A stretch of DNA of 64,000 nucleotides from contig NC_086108.1 in assembly GCF_963921235.1 (NCBI RefSeq), forward strand, positions 68,884,001-68,948,000, in the 5' to 3' direction. This document shows, in pieces, positions 1-12,757 of this stretch. A program made the translations under genes and the position numbers. The notes below the pieces were generated by a model that saw nothing but the letters and a program-made list of their open reading frames with translations, was not told the DNA's origin and did not search any database. The DNA comes from Mobula hypostoma (Eukaryota). Each line of letters starts with the position of its first letter. Position 1 is the first letter of the stretch.

Positions 1-2552
1 TGAGGGTGGGAGTTAAGAAACTACAGAGGTAAAAAGACCCTGAATGGAGTTATATACAGGCCTCCGAATGGTAGTCAGGATGTGGGCCAGAAAATAACAA
101 CAGGAGATAGAAAAAGATTGTCAAAAGGACAATGCTACAACAGTCGTGGGGGACTTTAATATGGGAAAATCAGGTTGGTGCTGGATCCCAAGAGAAGGAA
201 TTTGTAGAATGCCTACAAGATTGCTTTTTAAGAGGAGCCTGTGGTTGAGTCCACTAGGGAATCAGTTATTCTGGATTGGGTGTTTTGCAATGAACCAGAT
301 TTGATTAGGGAGCTTAAGGTAACCCTTAGGAAATAGATCATAACATGATGGAATTCACCCTGTAATTTGAGAGGTTGAAGCTAAAATCAGATGTATCAGC
401 ATGAGAGTAGAGAAAAGGGAATTACTGACGCATAAAAGAGGAGCTGGCCAAAGCTGAGTGGAAGGGGCCACTAGCAGGGATGACAGCAGATCAACAATAG
501 CTGGAATTTCTGGGAGCAATTCAGAAGGCACAAGGTAAGTAGCATTCCAAAGGTAGGATGATGCAACCACGACTGACAAGGGAAGTCAAAGCCAACAGTC
601 AAGCAAAAGAGGGGGCACATAATAGAGCAAAAATTAGTGGGAAGTTAGAGGATTGGGAAACTTTCAAAAACCAACTGCAGGCAAGTAAAAAAAAGCCATC
701 AGAAGAGATGAAATATGAAGGTAAGCTAGCCAACAATATCGAAGAGGATGCCAAAAGTTTTTTCAGATGTATAAAAAGTAAAATATGGGTGAGAGGACAT
801 ATTAGACCTCTGGAAAATTAAGCTGGATAGGTAGTAATGGGGCACAAAGAAATGGCAGCAAATGATTTTGCATCAATCTTCACTGTGGAAAACACTAGCA
901 GTATGCTGGAAGTTTGAGGGTGTCAGGAGGCAGAAGTGAGTGCAGTTGCTATTACTAGGGAGAAGGTGCTTGGGAAACGGAAAGGGCTGAAGGTAGATAG
1001 GTCACCTAAAGCAGATAGACTATACCCCAGGTTTCTGAAAGAGGTAGCTAAAGAGATTGTGGAGGCATTAGTAATGATCCTTCAAGAATTACTTGATTCT
1101 GGAATGGTTCCGGAGGTCTGGAAAATTGCAAATGTCACTCTACTCTTCAAGAAGGGAGGAAAGGAAATTATCAGCCAGTTAGCCTGACCGCAATGGTTGG
1201 GAAGATGTCGGATTCGATTGTTAAGGATGTGCTTCCTAGGTACTAGGAGGTATATGGTAAAATAGGCCAAAGTCAGCATGGTTTCCTTATGGGAAAATCT
1301 TGCCTGACAAATCTATTAGAATTCTTTGAGGAAATAACAAGTAGGATAGACAAAAGAGAATTAGTGGATGTTGAGTATTTGGATTTTCTGAAGGCCTTTG
1401 ACAAGGAGTTGCACAAGAGGCTGATTAACAAGACAAGAGCCCGTGGTATTACGGGAAAGATATAAGCATGGATAGAGCATTGTCTGATTGGCAGGAGGCA
1501 AAGAGTGGGAATAAAGGGAGCCTTTGCTGATTGGCTACCTGTGACTTGCGGTGTTCCGCAGGGGTTGGTGTTGGGACCACTTCTTTTTAAGTTATATGTC
1601 AATGATTTGAATAACGGAATTAATAGCTTTGTGGCCAAGTTCGCGAACGATACAAAGACAGATGGAGGTGCAGGTAGTGTTGACGAAGCAGGGAGGCTGC
1701 AGAAAGCCTCAGACAGATTAGGAGAATGGGCAAAGAAGTGGCAAATGGAATACAGTGTCAGGAATGTTTGCTCACGTGCTTTGTTAGAAGGTATAAAAGC
1801 AAAGATCATTTGCTAAACGGGCAGAAAATTCAAAAATTTGAGATGCAAAGGGTCTTGGGGTTCTTTGTGCAGGATTCCCTAAAAGTTAATTTGCAGGTCG
1901 AGTCGGTGGTGAGGAAGGCAAATGCAAATGTTAGCATTCATTCTGAGGGCTAGAATATAAAAGCAAGGAGGTAATGCTGAAGCTCTATAAGGCATTGGTG
2001 AGGCCCCACTTTAAGACTTGTGAGCAGTTTTGGCCCTTTTATTTAAGAAAGGATGTACTGAAATTGAAGATGGTTTAGAGGAGCTTCACGAGACTGATTC
2101 CAGGCATGAAATGCTTATCATATGAGGAGCAATTGATGGCTCTGGGCCTTTATTTGCTGGTATTTAGACGAATGGGGGGGAGGGGCGCAGGGGAGAGAAT
2201 TTCATTGAAATCTATCAAGTGTTGAAAGACCTAGATAAAGTGGATGTGGAGAGGATGTTTTCTATGGTGGGGGAGTCCAGAGGGCACAGATTCAGAATAG
2301 AGGAATGTCACTTTAGAACAGAGATGAGGAGAAATTTCTTTAGACACAGTGTGATGGATTTGTGAAATCAGTTGCCACAGGCAGCTTGGGAGGCCAGATC
2401 TGGGTGTATTTAAGGCAGAGGTTGATAGGTTTTTGATTAGTAGAGCCTAAAAGGTTATGGGATGAAGGCAGAAGAATGTAGTTGAGATGCAAATTGTGCA
2501 GCAGCTCAATGGGCTGAATGACCTAATTCTACTTTTATGCCTTATGGTCTTA
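1..2552 (+). mobile_element. CR1 LINE, decayed ORF2 (endonuclease + RT) and 3' end; runs off window start
   Basis: Broken frames give SQHGFLMGKSCLTNL, LDFLKAFDK, GVPQGLVLGPLLF and KFANDTK. Ends in a CTTATGGTCTTA tail at 2541-2552. Many stops and frameshifts. Confidence 0.93.
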
Positions 2553-2699
2553 ACTCAACCAACGCTGAGTAAATTATCTATCATGATTACTTCCCAGATC
2601 CCCAACCATCACAGAAGCCAGGATTCAGCCAATTCAACTCACTCTACTTTAAAAAAACACAGCAGAGTGCAATTAATACAGTAGACTGTTAGACCACTT

Positions 2700-3640
2700 A
2701 ACAGTCCTACTGCAGTAGTGAAAGACAGCACTCCAAGCCCAATTGCACTACTAAACAAGTTGCTCCACGATAATGACAAAACAGTTATCTATCTGACAAT
2801 GTGGAAGATTATCCAAGATAAATTCTGTTCACAAAAAGCAGGAAAAACTTGGCTGTTGGAGGTCAATCATCCCAGTCCCACGACATATCTGCAGTAGTTC
2901 CTCAGAACAACTAATATTGTCATATTAGAAACTGCAGCCTGTTGACTTGATTCTATTTATAATTCCTCAACAAACACAGCAAACCATTCCTACATGCAAC
3001 AAGTTCACCAAAAACACTTTCAAGCATAGGCTAATAACTGGCCAGCAATGCTTCTTATGCAAGGGAGATGTTTGCTCATGAGCACAGTATAACTTCTAGT
3101 TACAAATAATAAAGCAAAACTAGAAAACTTTCAGACAGAGATTGATGAACAAGTTTCTAACCACCACTTACCATCCTTCATCAGCTTACTCAGCAGTATG
3201 ACAGAATACATTCTATTTGCCTGATCCAAACAGATATAAATAAAGCAATGTTTACACTCACAAGCATCTGGTACAAAAAAAAGCACTTTCACTGGCAACC
3301 CATCCAATATCTTGAACATCCATTCTCATTCGGAGAAGCTTAAATTTTTTTCTTGGCGACACCTCCACCTGTTGGAATTTTGACCTCTATCAACAAAGAA
3401 AAAGGCAGCAAGCTCACAGGAGCAATGTCACCAGCAAGTTTATCTCAAGTTCACAGACTATCCTTCCTAATGGATTTCCCTTCCTACAGTATCACTTTCA
3501 AAATCTTAGAACATCTTAACTAATAGTACCATAGATACTGCAGAGATCGTAGGTGGGTCACTCCTTAGCTTAAAGTACAATTAGAAATGGGAAATAAATG
3601 CTGGTCTTTTCAACTATCCCATTTTCCAGAAATGAATAAA
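2700..3640 (+). mobile_element. Very old LINE remnant (CR1/L2 group) 3' part
   Basis: Ends in ...CAATTAGAAATGGGAAATAAATGCTGG, resembling the GGCAATTAGGGATGGGCAATAAATGCTGG 3' end of ancient vertebrate CR1/L2-type repeats. A similar tail is at ~9450-9490. Highly diverged. Confidence 0.4.
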
Positions 3641-3936
3641 ATCAAAGAGAACCAATCGTGAGTTGGAGAGCTATGTGAGAGGAGGCGGTGGACAGGTCTG
3701 GGAGCAAAGTGTAAAAGGGGAAAGCCTCGCGGGAACTCAGTTATATCTGGTACACCAATCGTGTGTCGGAGAACAGGGAAGGTTCAGACATAAAAAGAAG
3801 ACACTGCCTAGCAGAGCGGTCATCAAAGGAGTGGCCTGAGTCAGAGTGGTAGGGCTTTGACTTATTCGGGCTTAGGTGAGACAAGTGGGGAAGTGGACTT
3901 CATTTTTTTCCTTGCAATTTTTGAGGACTAGAGAGC

Positions 3937-4948
3937 ATGTCTGCAGGGTTAATGCTTTGCTCTGGGTGTCAGATGTGGGAATCCTGGGAATTTTCCAGTC
4001 TACTAGATGGCCACATCTTCACCAGGTCCACCGAGATGCAGCTCCTGAGAGAGCATGTTAAAGATCTGGAGTTGCAGCTTGACGACCTACAGCTTATTAG
4101 GGAAAGTGAGCAGGAGATAGATAGGAGCTACAGGGAATTAGTCACCCCGAGGCTGCAGGAGTTAGACAAGTGGATAACTGTCAGGGAAGGGAAGGGAAGA
4201 GCTCAGATAGTAGACAGCACCCTGTGGCCAGCCCCCTCAGTAATAGTTATCTCATTTTGGACGCTGTTGGGGGGGAGGGGGTGACTTGAGAGTGGATGAC
4301 CACGCCAATCGGGTCTCCGGTACTGAGCCTGGTTCCATGGTGCAGAAGGGAGAGAAGATGATGAGGAATGACGTAGTCATAGGGGATTCCAAAGTGAGGA
4401 GGACAGACAGGAGGTTCTGTCAGCCTGATAGAGATACCTGCATGGTGTGTTGCCTCCCAGGTGCCAGGGTACAAGATGTCTCAGGTCAGGTGTAGAGCAT
4501 TCTGAAGAGAGAGAGTGTACAGCCAGAAGTCTTGGTACACATTAGTACCAATGACATTGGTAAAAAAAAAAAGGGAAGAGGTCCTAAAGAGAGAATTCAG
4601 GGAGTTGGGTAGGAAGATGAAAAGCAGGACCTCCAGGGTAGTAATCTCATGATTGCTGCCTGTGCTACATGCTAACGAGGCAAGAATAGCATGATCAGGC
4701 ATACTAATGCATGGATGAGAGAATGGTGTAGGGGGCAGGGGTTCAGGTTCCTGGATCATTGGGGCACTTTATGGGGTAGGTACAACCTGTACAAAAAGGA
4801 CAGTTTACACCTGACCTCAAAGAGGTCCAATATCCTAGCAGACAAGTTTAATAGAGCTGTTAGGGAGGGTTTAAATGAATTTGGCAGGCGGATAGGAACA
4901 GGAGTGATAGGGCTGAGGAAGGGGGAAACAGAAATAAATCTAAGATAG
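3937..4948 (+). pseudogene. CR1 ORF1: zinc-finger/leucine-zipper plus SGNH esterase, frameshifted
   Basis: CSGCQMWE, LELQLDDLQLIRESE, VVIGDSKVR (esterase block I), CCLPGARVQDV, HISTNDI and FRFLDHW...DSLHL, spread over several frames. Confidence 0.88.
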
Positions 4949-5059
4949 TGTGCAACAGAGATGATAGAAAGGACAGGCAGGAGATAAGGCATAATCACAG
5001 CCAGTGGAGTGATTTACAGGGCATTAGAGATGTGGTGCAGTTAAAACAGAAAACAAAAA

Positions 5060-7800
5060 TTACTGGACTGAAAGTGTTATATTTGAATGCATGCAGCATA
5101 AGAAATAAAATGGCCAATCCTGAAATTCAGCTACAGATTGGCAAGTATGACGTTGTGGCCATCTCTGAAACTTGGCTAAAGGATGGCTGCCATTAGGAGC
5201 TGAAAGTCCAAGGATATATGGTGTATCGAAAAGATAGGTTAGTAGGCAGAGGGGATGGTGCGGCCCTGTGTAAAATAAATAATATTAAATCATTAGAAGG
5301 GGATGGCATAGGATCGGAAGGTGTAGAATCTCTATGGGTTGAGTTAAGAAATGGCATGGGTAAAAGGACCCTAATGGCAGTTCTACATAGGCCTCTAGAC
5401 AGCAGCTGGGATGTGGATTACAAATTACAGTAGGAGATAGAAAAGGCGTGTCAGAAGGGCAATGTCATGATAATCATTGGGGATTTTAACATGAAAGTGG
5501 ACTGGGAAAACAGGCCAATAATGGACCCCAAGAGAGAGAATTTATAGAATATCTAAGGGATGGCTTTTTAAAACAACTTGTTGTTGAGCCAGGGGATCAA
5601 GGCTGTGCTGGATTGGGTGTCATACAATGATCCGGAGGTGATAAGAGAGCTTAAGGTTAAGGAACCCTTAGGGAAAAATGATCACAATATGATCCGAGTT
5701 CACTATGAAATTTGAGAAGGAGAACCTAAAATCCAATATGTCGGTACTTCAGTGGAATAAAGAAAATTACAATGGCATGATAGGGGAACTAGACAAAGTT
5801 GACTGGAAAGGGACACTAGCAGGAAGGACAGCAGAGCAGCAATGGCTGGAGTTTCTGCAAAAAATGAGGGAAGTGTATGGGAGATACATTCCAAGAAGAA
5901 ATCTTCGAATGGAAGTACACTACTGTGGCTGACAAGTGAAGTCAGAGCCAAAGTAAAAGCAAAAGAGAAGACACACCAGGAAGCCAAAGCTAGTGGGAAA
6001 ATAGAGGACTGGGAAGCTTCAAAAAACTTGCAGAAGGAAACTAAGAAGGTCATTAGGAAGGAAAAGATGAATTATGAAATGAAGCCAGTGACTAATATCA
6101 AAGAAGATATCAAAAGCTTATTTAAGTATATAAAGGGTAAAAGAGAGTTGAGGGTAGATACAGGACCAATACAAAATGACGCTGGAGATGTTATAATGAA
6201 AGACGCAGAGATGGCAGAGGAACTGAATGTGTATTTTGCATCAGTCATCACAGTGGAAGACATATGCAGTATACCAGACATTCAAGAGTGTCAGGGAAGT
6301 GAAGTATGTGCAGTGAAAATTACGACTGAGAATGTGCTTAGGGAGCTTAATGGTCTGAGGGTGAATAAATCTCCTGGACCTGATGGAATGCACCCTTGGG
6401 TTCTGAAGGAAGTAGCTGGAGAGATTGCAGAGACATTAACAATGATCTTTCAAGAATCAATAGATTCTGGCATTGTACCAGATGAATGGAAAATTGTAAA
6501 TGTTACTCCGCTATTTAAGAAGGGTGGGAGGCAGCAGGAAGGAAACTATAGACCTGTTAGCCTGACATCAGTGGTTGGGAAGTTGTTGGAGTTGATTGTT
6601 AGGCAAGAGAATACGGAGTGCCTGGAGGCACGTGACAAGATAAGCCAAAGCCAGCATGGTTTCCTGAAAGGAAAATCCTTCCTGACAAACCTACTGCAAC
6701 TTTTTGAGGAAATTATAAGCAGGGTAGACAAAGGAGATGAAGTAGGGGTGGTGTACTTGGATTTTCAGAAGGCCTTTGATAAGGTGCCACACATGAGACT
6801 GCTTAGCAAGATAAGAGCCCATGGAATTACAGGGAAGTTACTAGCATGGGTGGAGCATTGGCTGATCAGCAGAAAACAGAGAGTAGGAATAAAGGGATCC
6901 TATTCTGGCTGGCTGCCGGTACCAGTGGAATTCCACAGTGGCCGGTGTTGAGACCGCTGCTTTTTATGATGTATGTCAATGATTTGGACTGTGGGATTAA
7001 TTGACTTGTGGCTAAATCTGCCGATGATACAAAGATAGGTGGACGAGCGGGTAGTATTGAGGAAACAGAAAGCATGCAGAGAGACTTAAGATAGTTTAGG
7101 GGAATGGGCAAAGAAATGGCAAATGAAATACAATGTTGGAAAGTGTATGGTCATGCACTTTGATGGAAGAAATAAATGGGCAGACTATTATTTAGCTGGG
7201 GAGAGAATTCAAAATGCAGAGATGCAAAGGGACTTGGGAGTCCTTGTGCAGGATACCCGAAAGGGTTAACCTCCAGGTTGAATCGATGGTGAAGGCGGCG
7301 AGTGCAATGTTGGCATTCATTTCTAGAGGTAGAGAATATAACAGCAGGGTTGTGATGTTGAGGCTCTAGAAGGCACTCGTGAGACCACACTTGTGTGCAG
7401 TGTTGGGCTCCTTATTTTAGAATGGATATACTGACATAGGAGAGTGTTCAGAGGAGATTCATGCGAATGATTCCAGGAATGAAAGGGTTAACATATGAAG
7501 AACGTTTGGCAGCTCTTGGGCTGTATTCCCTGGAGTTCAGGAGAATGAGGGGGAATCTCATAGAAACATTCCAAATGTTAAAAGGCTTGAATAGATTAGA
7601 TATGGCAAAGTTATTTCCCATGGAAGGGGAGTCTAGGACAAGAGGGCACAACTTCAGGATTGAAGGATATCCATTTAGAACTGAGATGCAGAGAGGGTGG
7701 TAAATCTGTGGAATTTGTTGCCACGAGCAGCTGTGGAGGCCAAGTCATTGGGTGCATTTGAGGCAGAGATAGATAGGTTCTTGATTAGCCAGGGCATCAA
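5060..7800 (+). pseudogene. CR1 ORF2: APE endonuclease + reverse transcriptase, disrupted
   Basis: LKVLYLNACSIRNK, AISETWL, IIGDFN, KSPGPDGMHP, NYRPVSLTSVVGK, QHGF, YLDFQKAFDKVPH and KSADDTK. Longest open piece is 5842-6951. Confidence 0.92.
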
Positions 7801-10699
7801 AGGGTATGGGAGAAAGCAGGGCAATGGGGATGACTGGAAGAAGTGAATCAGTCCATGATTGAATGGCGGAGCAGACTCCTTGGGCCGAATGGCCTAATTC
7901 TGCTCCTATATCTTATGGTCTTATAGAATAACCTCAAAACTTTCATGTCACCACTGCTCTTAGGAAGCAACCATTTGCTGGTGACAACATTGTTTGTTTG
8001 TATGTATAAATAAATAAATACATATATATATATACATACAGACCTGCATGTTTCTGGAAGTTTGCACTCTCCCAGAACTTTGGGAAACACTTTTGCATCT
8101 ACTTTTCAAAACACTCAAAACAGTATGTGGTGGAAGATAAAGCATTCAGCTGTGATTATTGACAAGGCAGCTTTTACTCAAGGCAGATTACTAGATATTC
8201 AAGTTTAACTGAGCAATGAAGGATATTTTCCTGCAGTTTTCATGATGAAACAAATCTGAAGATCATAGGGCAAGAGAGGGAACCCAAGAAAATTGAACAG
8301 AACAAGGCCAATTACCTTTGGAATTCTCAGCTTTGAAATTATTTTATACGCATAACACTAGAACTGTTTTTTCACCAAACTCCATTGAAAATAGACTGCA
8401 TCACAGCAATACTGCATTTTTCATTCAAGTATTCTGTGAACAAAAGTGCAGACTGCTGGTTTGCCACTGTATCTGATTTTAATAAAAGCTTTATAGCATA
8501 CTTTCCATAAAGGTATAAGAACAGAAATTATGTTTGCAATACTACGGCAGACAGTATGTAAAATACAGTTCTGATTCCTAGGTTATAAGATCATTTAATT
8601 AGACATTCAGCTGTGAAAGGTGTTTTCTGGACACACATCCTTGTTTCGGAAATTCTTCCGTCCAAACCCTAACAATTCAGCAGTAACTAACACTTAGGAT
8701 TACGTTTTTTTTATTGGTAGCTCAAAAACAGAATTGGCTACTACTATATATCTGGCTATATAGATATACAGGACTGAATTTTGATGCATGAAGTGAAACA
8801 GGCTAGTGCCACTTTCTGCTATTGGCCCAAGGTCCAATAAAACATGATTGTGACATAATTAGTTTTAAAGAGAAAAAAGTCTGGTGTGTTTGCTTTGGAA
8901 TATCACCAATTTTATCATTTAAAAAACTGTAAAAACAAGGGATGTTACTCAAAATACATTATACTGAAATGAAAAATATAATGTATCTCTGGATCATACA
9001 TGGCTTTGAGACTAGATTTATAGCATTAAATACTTGTTTCAATCCACAAACTGTTGAGGCAACAAATTATGAAAGCTTTTTCATTTACTTGATCACAAAC
9101 CGATTTTTCCAAACAGCAAAATGGCTGGCTGATAAAATTAATTATATTATGTAAAAGCTAATTAGGCAGTATTTTAGTGAAGCAGTTCAAATTTCAGACA
9201 GGTATAACATACGTGGATTTCTTAGTGTCAGCTAAGTTTTAAAACAGTTTTTAAACAGTAAAGTAGATGAAAATCCAATATGAATTTTGAGTAAGATACA
9301 CAAAATCGGTCACTTCACACCTCCCCAACACTACTAATAAACTCAGGGAGACCTCTGCTGGATGGTACCTATGTTTTCTAAGATATTGTCAGGAAGCCAT
9401 GAGAAAATTTATTCAAGTAAATTTCAGTTAGGGTGGCATTTCACCATTTTCATTGGCAATTAGTGATAGACAATAATAGCTAGTTTTGGCAACTTGGGAT
9501 GGGCCAAAGGGATCTCACTTGGTCTTGATAAAACCAGAAAAATTACAGAATCTTTGCATAGACTATACTTAATGATTTACTTAGCCACTCTAAACACAAA
9601 TGGGTAACACTCAAAATATTTTTATAGTAATTTACTCTTAACTATCCCGTCCCATGAGAAAATTATCAACTAAGCATCTGGAATATTTAACAAAAACACA
9701 TCTGAAAATACTGTAATTATGATTTTGAATATACATATTAAATTTAAAATCAGGTATTTAAATCAACTTGCAGGAAAAGAACATTGTTTTAAAACCATAA
9801 ATGTCTTTCTTGGATTATATTTATGTCTGCATTAAATACTCGCTCATTTGGATTACTGTAAAAACTGCATTTGTTTACAATGAAATTTGATTTGTACTAA
9901 CAAAACTGTAAATTATAATTTTTAAATCCAGTAATTCATATATTTTAAATTATGGATTGCATCCCACTTTGTATTCAAGTCCCTATTTCCATCCGATATA
10001 TACATCGTTCTAACAGATCTTTATTGCACAAGTTTCAGTAATGAAAATTCCCAACTATGTAAATATCAGAAGAATATATTCAATCCTTGTACATCTGAAG
10101 AGGGATTTAAAAAAATGAAATCCTAAGGTATGTGGTACCTGGTACAACCTGAAGCAACTGAAGCAAATAGTACAGATTTGTTTTGGGGGGGTGGGGGTGG
10201 ATGTAGAAATAAATTAGATGCAAGATAGAAAAAATGGAAGGACAAAATGTGTTTACACAAAATGAGACGAAGAAAGACTTGGTTTTGTTTCAAAACAAGG
10301 CTGAGATGCAACATTTTATGGAACACATTTTTTCCCCTTTTACATTCTAGGAAATCATTACACTGCTGGCAATATTGTTGTAAATCTCCCCTGTAACTCT
10401 GGATAGAACTTTAAAGTCTGAAAAATGATGCACAATGTCGGCTACAGTCATCAAAAGATTTAACTACGTTGCTTAATATACTGTAATACCATGGACAGAG
10501 CTGAAAACAATTTTAGAAATTGATTTCATTTGAAGTTATTGCATGTGGACTTCATCAATTATTTTAAGTCTGAGTCTTATTTTGAGACACCAGGATTAGT
10601 ACTGTCCCAGTGTAGACAGTTTTCCAATTTTCTTTTGGAGTATCTTGTACAAATGACCTTTCATTTGTTTTGCCTCAACTCTTAATGGGTGCAGAAAAT

Positions 10700-11410
10700 C
10701 CTCTTCTCCCACCCCTTCTCCATGGCAGAGCATGAACAAAATTCCCCTGGTCAATATATTGCATCCCTCCAGCTTTCACAAGTACCACCAGCTCCAACAA
10801 GATTACATCACCAGATATACACTCACTCCCCCCTTCAGCATTCTTCAGTGATTGTTCTTCTGTGATTCCAGTGCACTCTTCCATTCCCAGCTACACTCTC
10901 ATGCTCACAACACATTCACATAAAACATTTGAAGATGCAACACCTGCTGTTTCACATTTTGCTTTCCCAGCATCTTGAGATCCAAATAGTCCTTCCAATG
11001 AAGTATCAATCATCTGCACTTCTGTAATGTACTGCATTCAGTATCCACTAAGTGGACTTCTCGATCTTGGAGAAACTAAATGTAAAATGGGTGATCGCTT
11101 AGTTCATTCAGCAGGAACTTCACCCAGCTTCACTCGCCCCATCACTAAACTGTTTCCACACCTATGGACTCACTTTCGAAAACAAATCTCAGGGTTGTGT
11201 ATGGCGACATACATGTACTTTGATAATAAATTTACTTTGAAGACTTTGAATGACTCTAAACTTCTATTTGCCTGCCAATTTAAATCACCACCCCATTCTG
11301 ATCTTTCCCTAAGTGGCCTGCTGCACTGTTACAAGTTCTGATGCAAATTTCAGCAACACCACCTCGTTTTCCATCTGGACACATTTCAGCTTTCCAGAAT
11401 ACAGAAAACT
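10700..11410 (+). mobile_element. Penelope-like element remnant (GIY-YIG endonuclease region), interrupted at ~11120-11255 by a LINE-tail fragment
   Basis: MYCIQYPLSGLLDLGETKCKMGDRLVH at 11027 resembles the PLE GIY-YIG motif YCIxCxxCxxxYIGETxRxLxxRxxEH. A PLE terminal repeat follows at ~11700-11790. Confidence 0.65.
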
Positions 11411-12378
11411 GCAAATTACTCTTTTTGTGTGTCTGTATAAGAACTTATCATTTCTGTCTGTCATTATGATTGCCATTTTTCTTATACTATTTATATAGTT
11501 TGGCAGCTGGGTAAATTCCATAACCCAGCTCACTCACAAAACATTACATGGCCAAAGCAGGTTAATGTGCTCATAACTGCCCCTATTAACCCATTTTGAC
11601 TTGTCCTACAACAGACAGCCTTTATTCTGCAAATCCTTGCCCATCTTCTCTCCTACTTGTTTTTCACTTTCCCAGTTCAGATCCTGAAGCTTTATTTTCT
11701 TCCAAAGATGCTGCCTGATACGCTGAGTGTTTCTCGCATTTTCTGTTTTTATTTCAGATTTCCAGCATCTGCAATTTTTTGTCTTTCTCACAGTCAGAGT
11801 TTCTGTCCCATATCTTGGAACGAACAGATGATATATATGAACTTATTTTACACAATAAATCATGTACACTCTATTTACCACACTGAAAATTTTGGATATG
11901 TCAATAAAAACAGTGCAATCAAAGTTCTGTTCTAAATCTTGGACCATAAGACATAAGAGCAGAATTAGGCCATTCAGCCCATCGAATCTGTACCGCCATT
12001 CCACCATGGCTCATCCTGGATCCCACTCAACCCTACACCTGCCTTCTCGCCATATCTTTTGATGTCCTGACTGATCAGAAAGCGATTAACTTTCACCCTA
12101 AATATACCCATGCACTGCAATCTGCAGCAGAGCATTCCACAGATTCACTACTCTCTGGCTAAAAAAAATTCCTTCTTACCTCTGATGTGGCCGGCTCCCC
12201 CACCGGACTTAGTCTGGTGAGGAGGGTGTGAGGGCACCCAGCAAGACTAAAAAAAACAAGATCTGACAAAAGGCTGATGAGCTCCTTGCGGGCCAACGGC
12301 CATCTTCCATGGAAGAGATTAAAGCCTCAACACGCATCTACGAATCGTATGCTATGCACCTAGTTAGAAGAGATGATG

Positions 12379-12557
12379 TAAACACAAAATAATCTGCAGA
12401 TGCTGAGATCAAAGCAACAGTCACAACACGCTGGAGGAACTCAGCAGGTTGGGCAGCATCCGTGGAAACCATGAGTCGACGTTTTGCACGTCGCCTCATC
12501 GTTTCCACGGATGCTGCCCGACCTGCTGAGTTCCTCCAGCATGTTGTGAGTGTTGCC
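12379..12557. mobile_element. Fold-back Penelope-like terminal-repeat insertion
   Basis: 14-bp TSD TAGAAGAGATGATG (12365-12378 and 12558-12571). Two ~69-bp inverted arms (12414-12482 and 12488-12556) of the GCTGGAGGAACTCAGCAGG repeat. Confidence 0.88.
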
Positions 12558-12580
12558 TAGAAGAGATGATGACTCCGGCA

Positions 12581-12757
12581 CTGCACCATGTGCCTGGACC
12601 TGCCCAAGGCCTCTGCCTAAGGAAGGGCCGAGCTCAAAGAAGCAGCTGCAGCTGGAGGCCGACACAGCCTCGGGCTCAAGTTTGGTGGGGGAGGCGGCAG
12701 GCGGTGCCAAGGCGGCCAGCGAGAACAAACTGGAGGAGAGGCTATACTCGGTGCTGT
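12581..12757 (+). pseudogene. CYHR1: Permuted fragment of the CYHR1/ZFTRAF1 first coding exon
   Basis: 12622-12757 reads EGPSSKKQLQLEA...[12 protein letters not shown] and 12582-12620 reads [12 protein letters not shown]. Vertebrate CYHR1, as I recall it, reads PPKKRLR...[26 protein letters not shown]. GC-rich relative to the surroundings. Confidence 0.82.

Larger units (their letters stand above)
3647..7925 (+). mobile_element. Near full-length CR1 LINE (5' UTR, ORF1, ORF2, 3' tail), inactivated
   Basis: ORF1 and ORF2 remnants in the expected order. TCTTATGGTCTTAT tail ends near 7924. Possible 13-bp degenerate TSD (3634-3646 GAATAAAATCAAA vs 7926-7938 GAATAACCTCAAA). The 5' boundary is uncertain. 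Confidence 0.92.

Noticed and set aside
8316..8473. Minus-strand exon ending AAG|GTAATT
   Set aside because: All frames are closed with either candidate acceptor.
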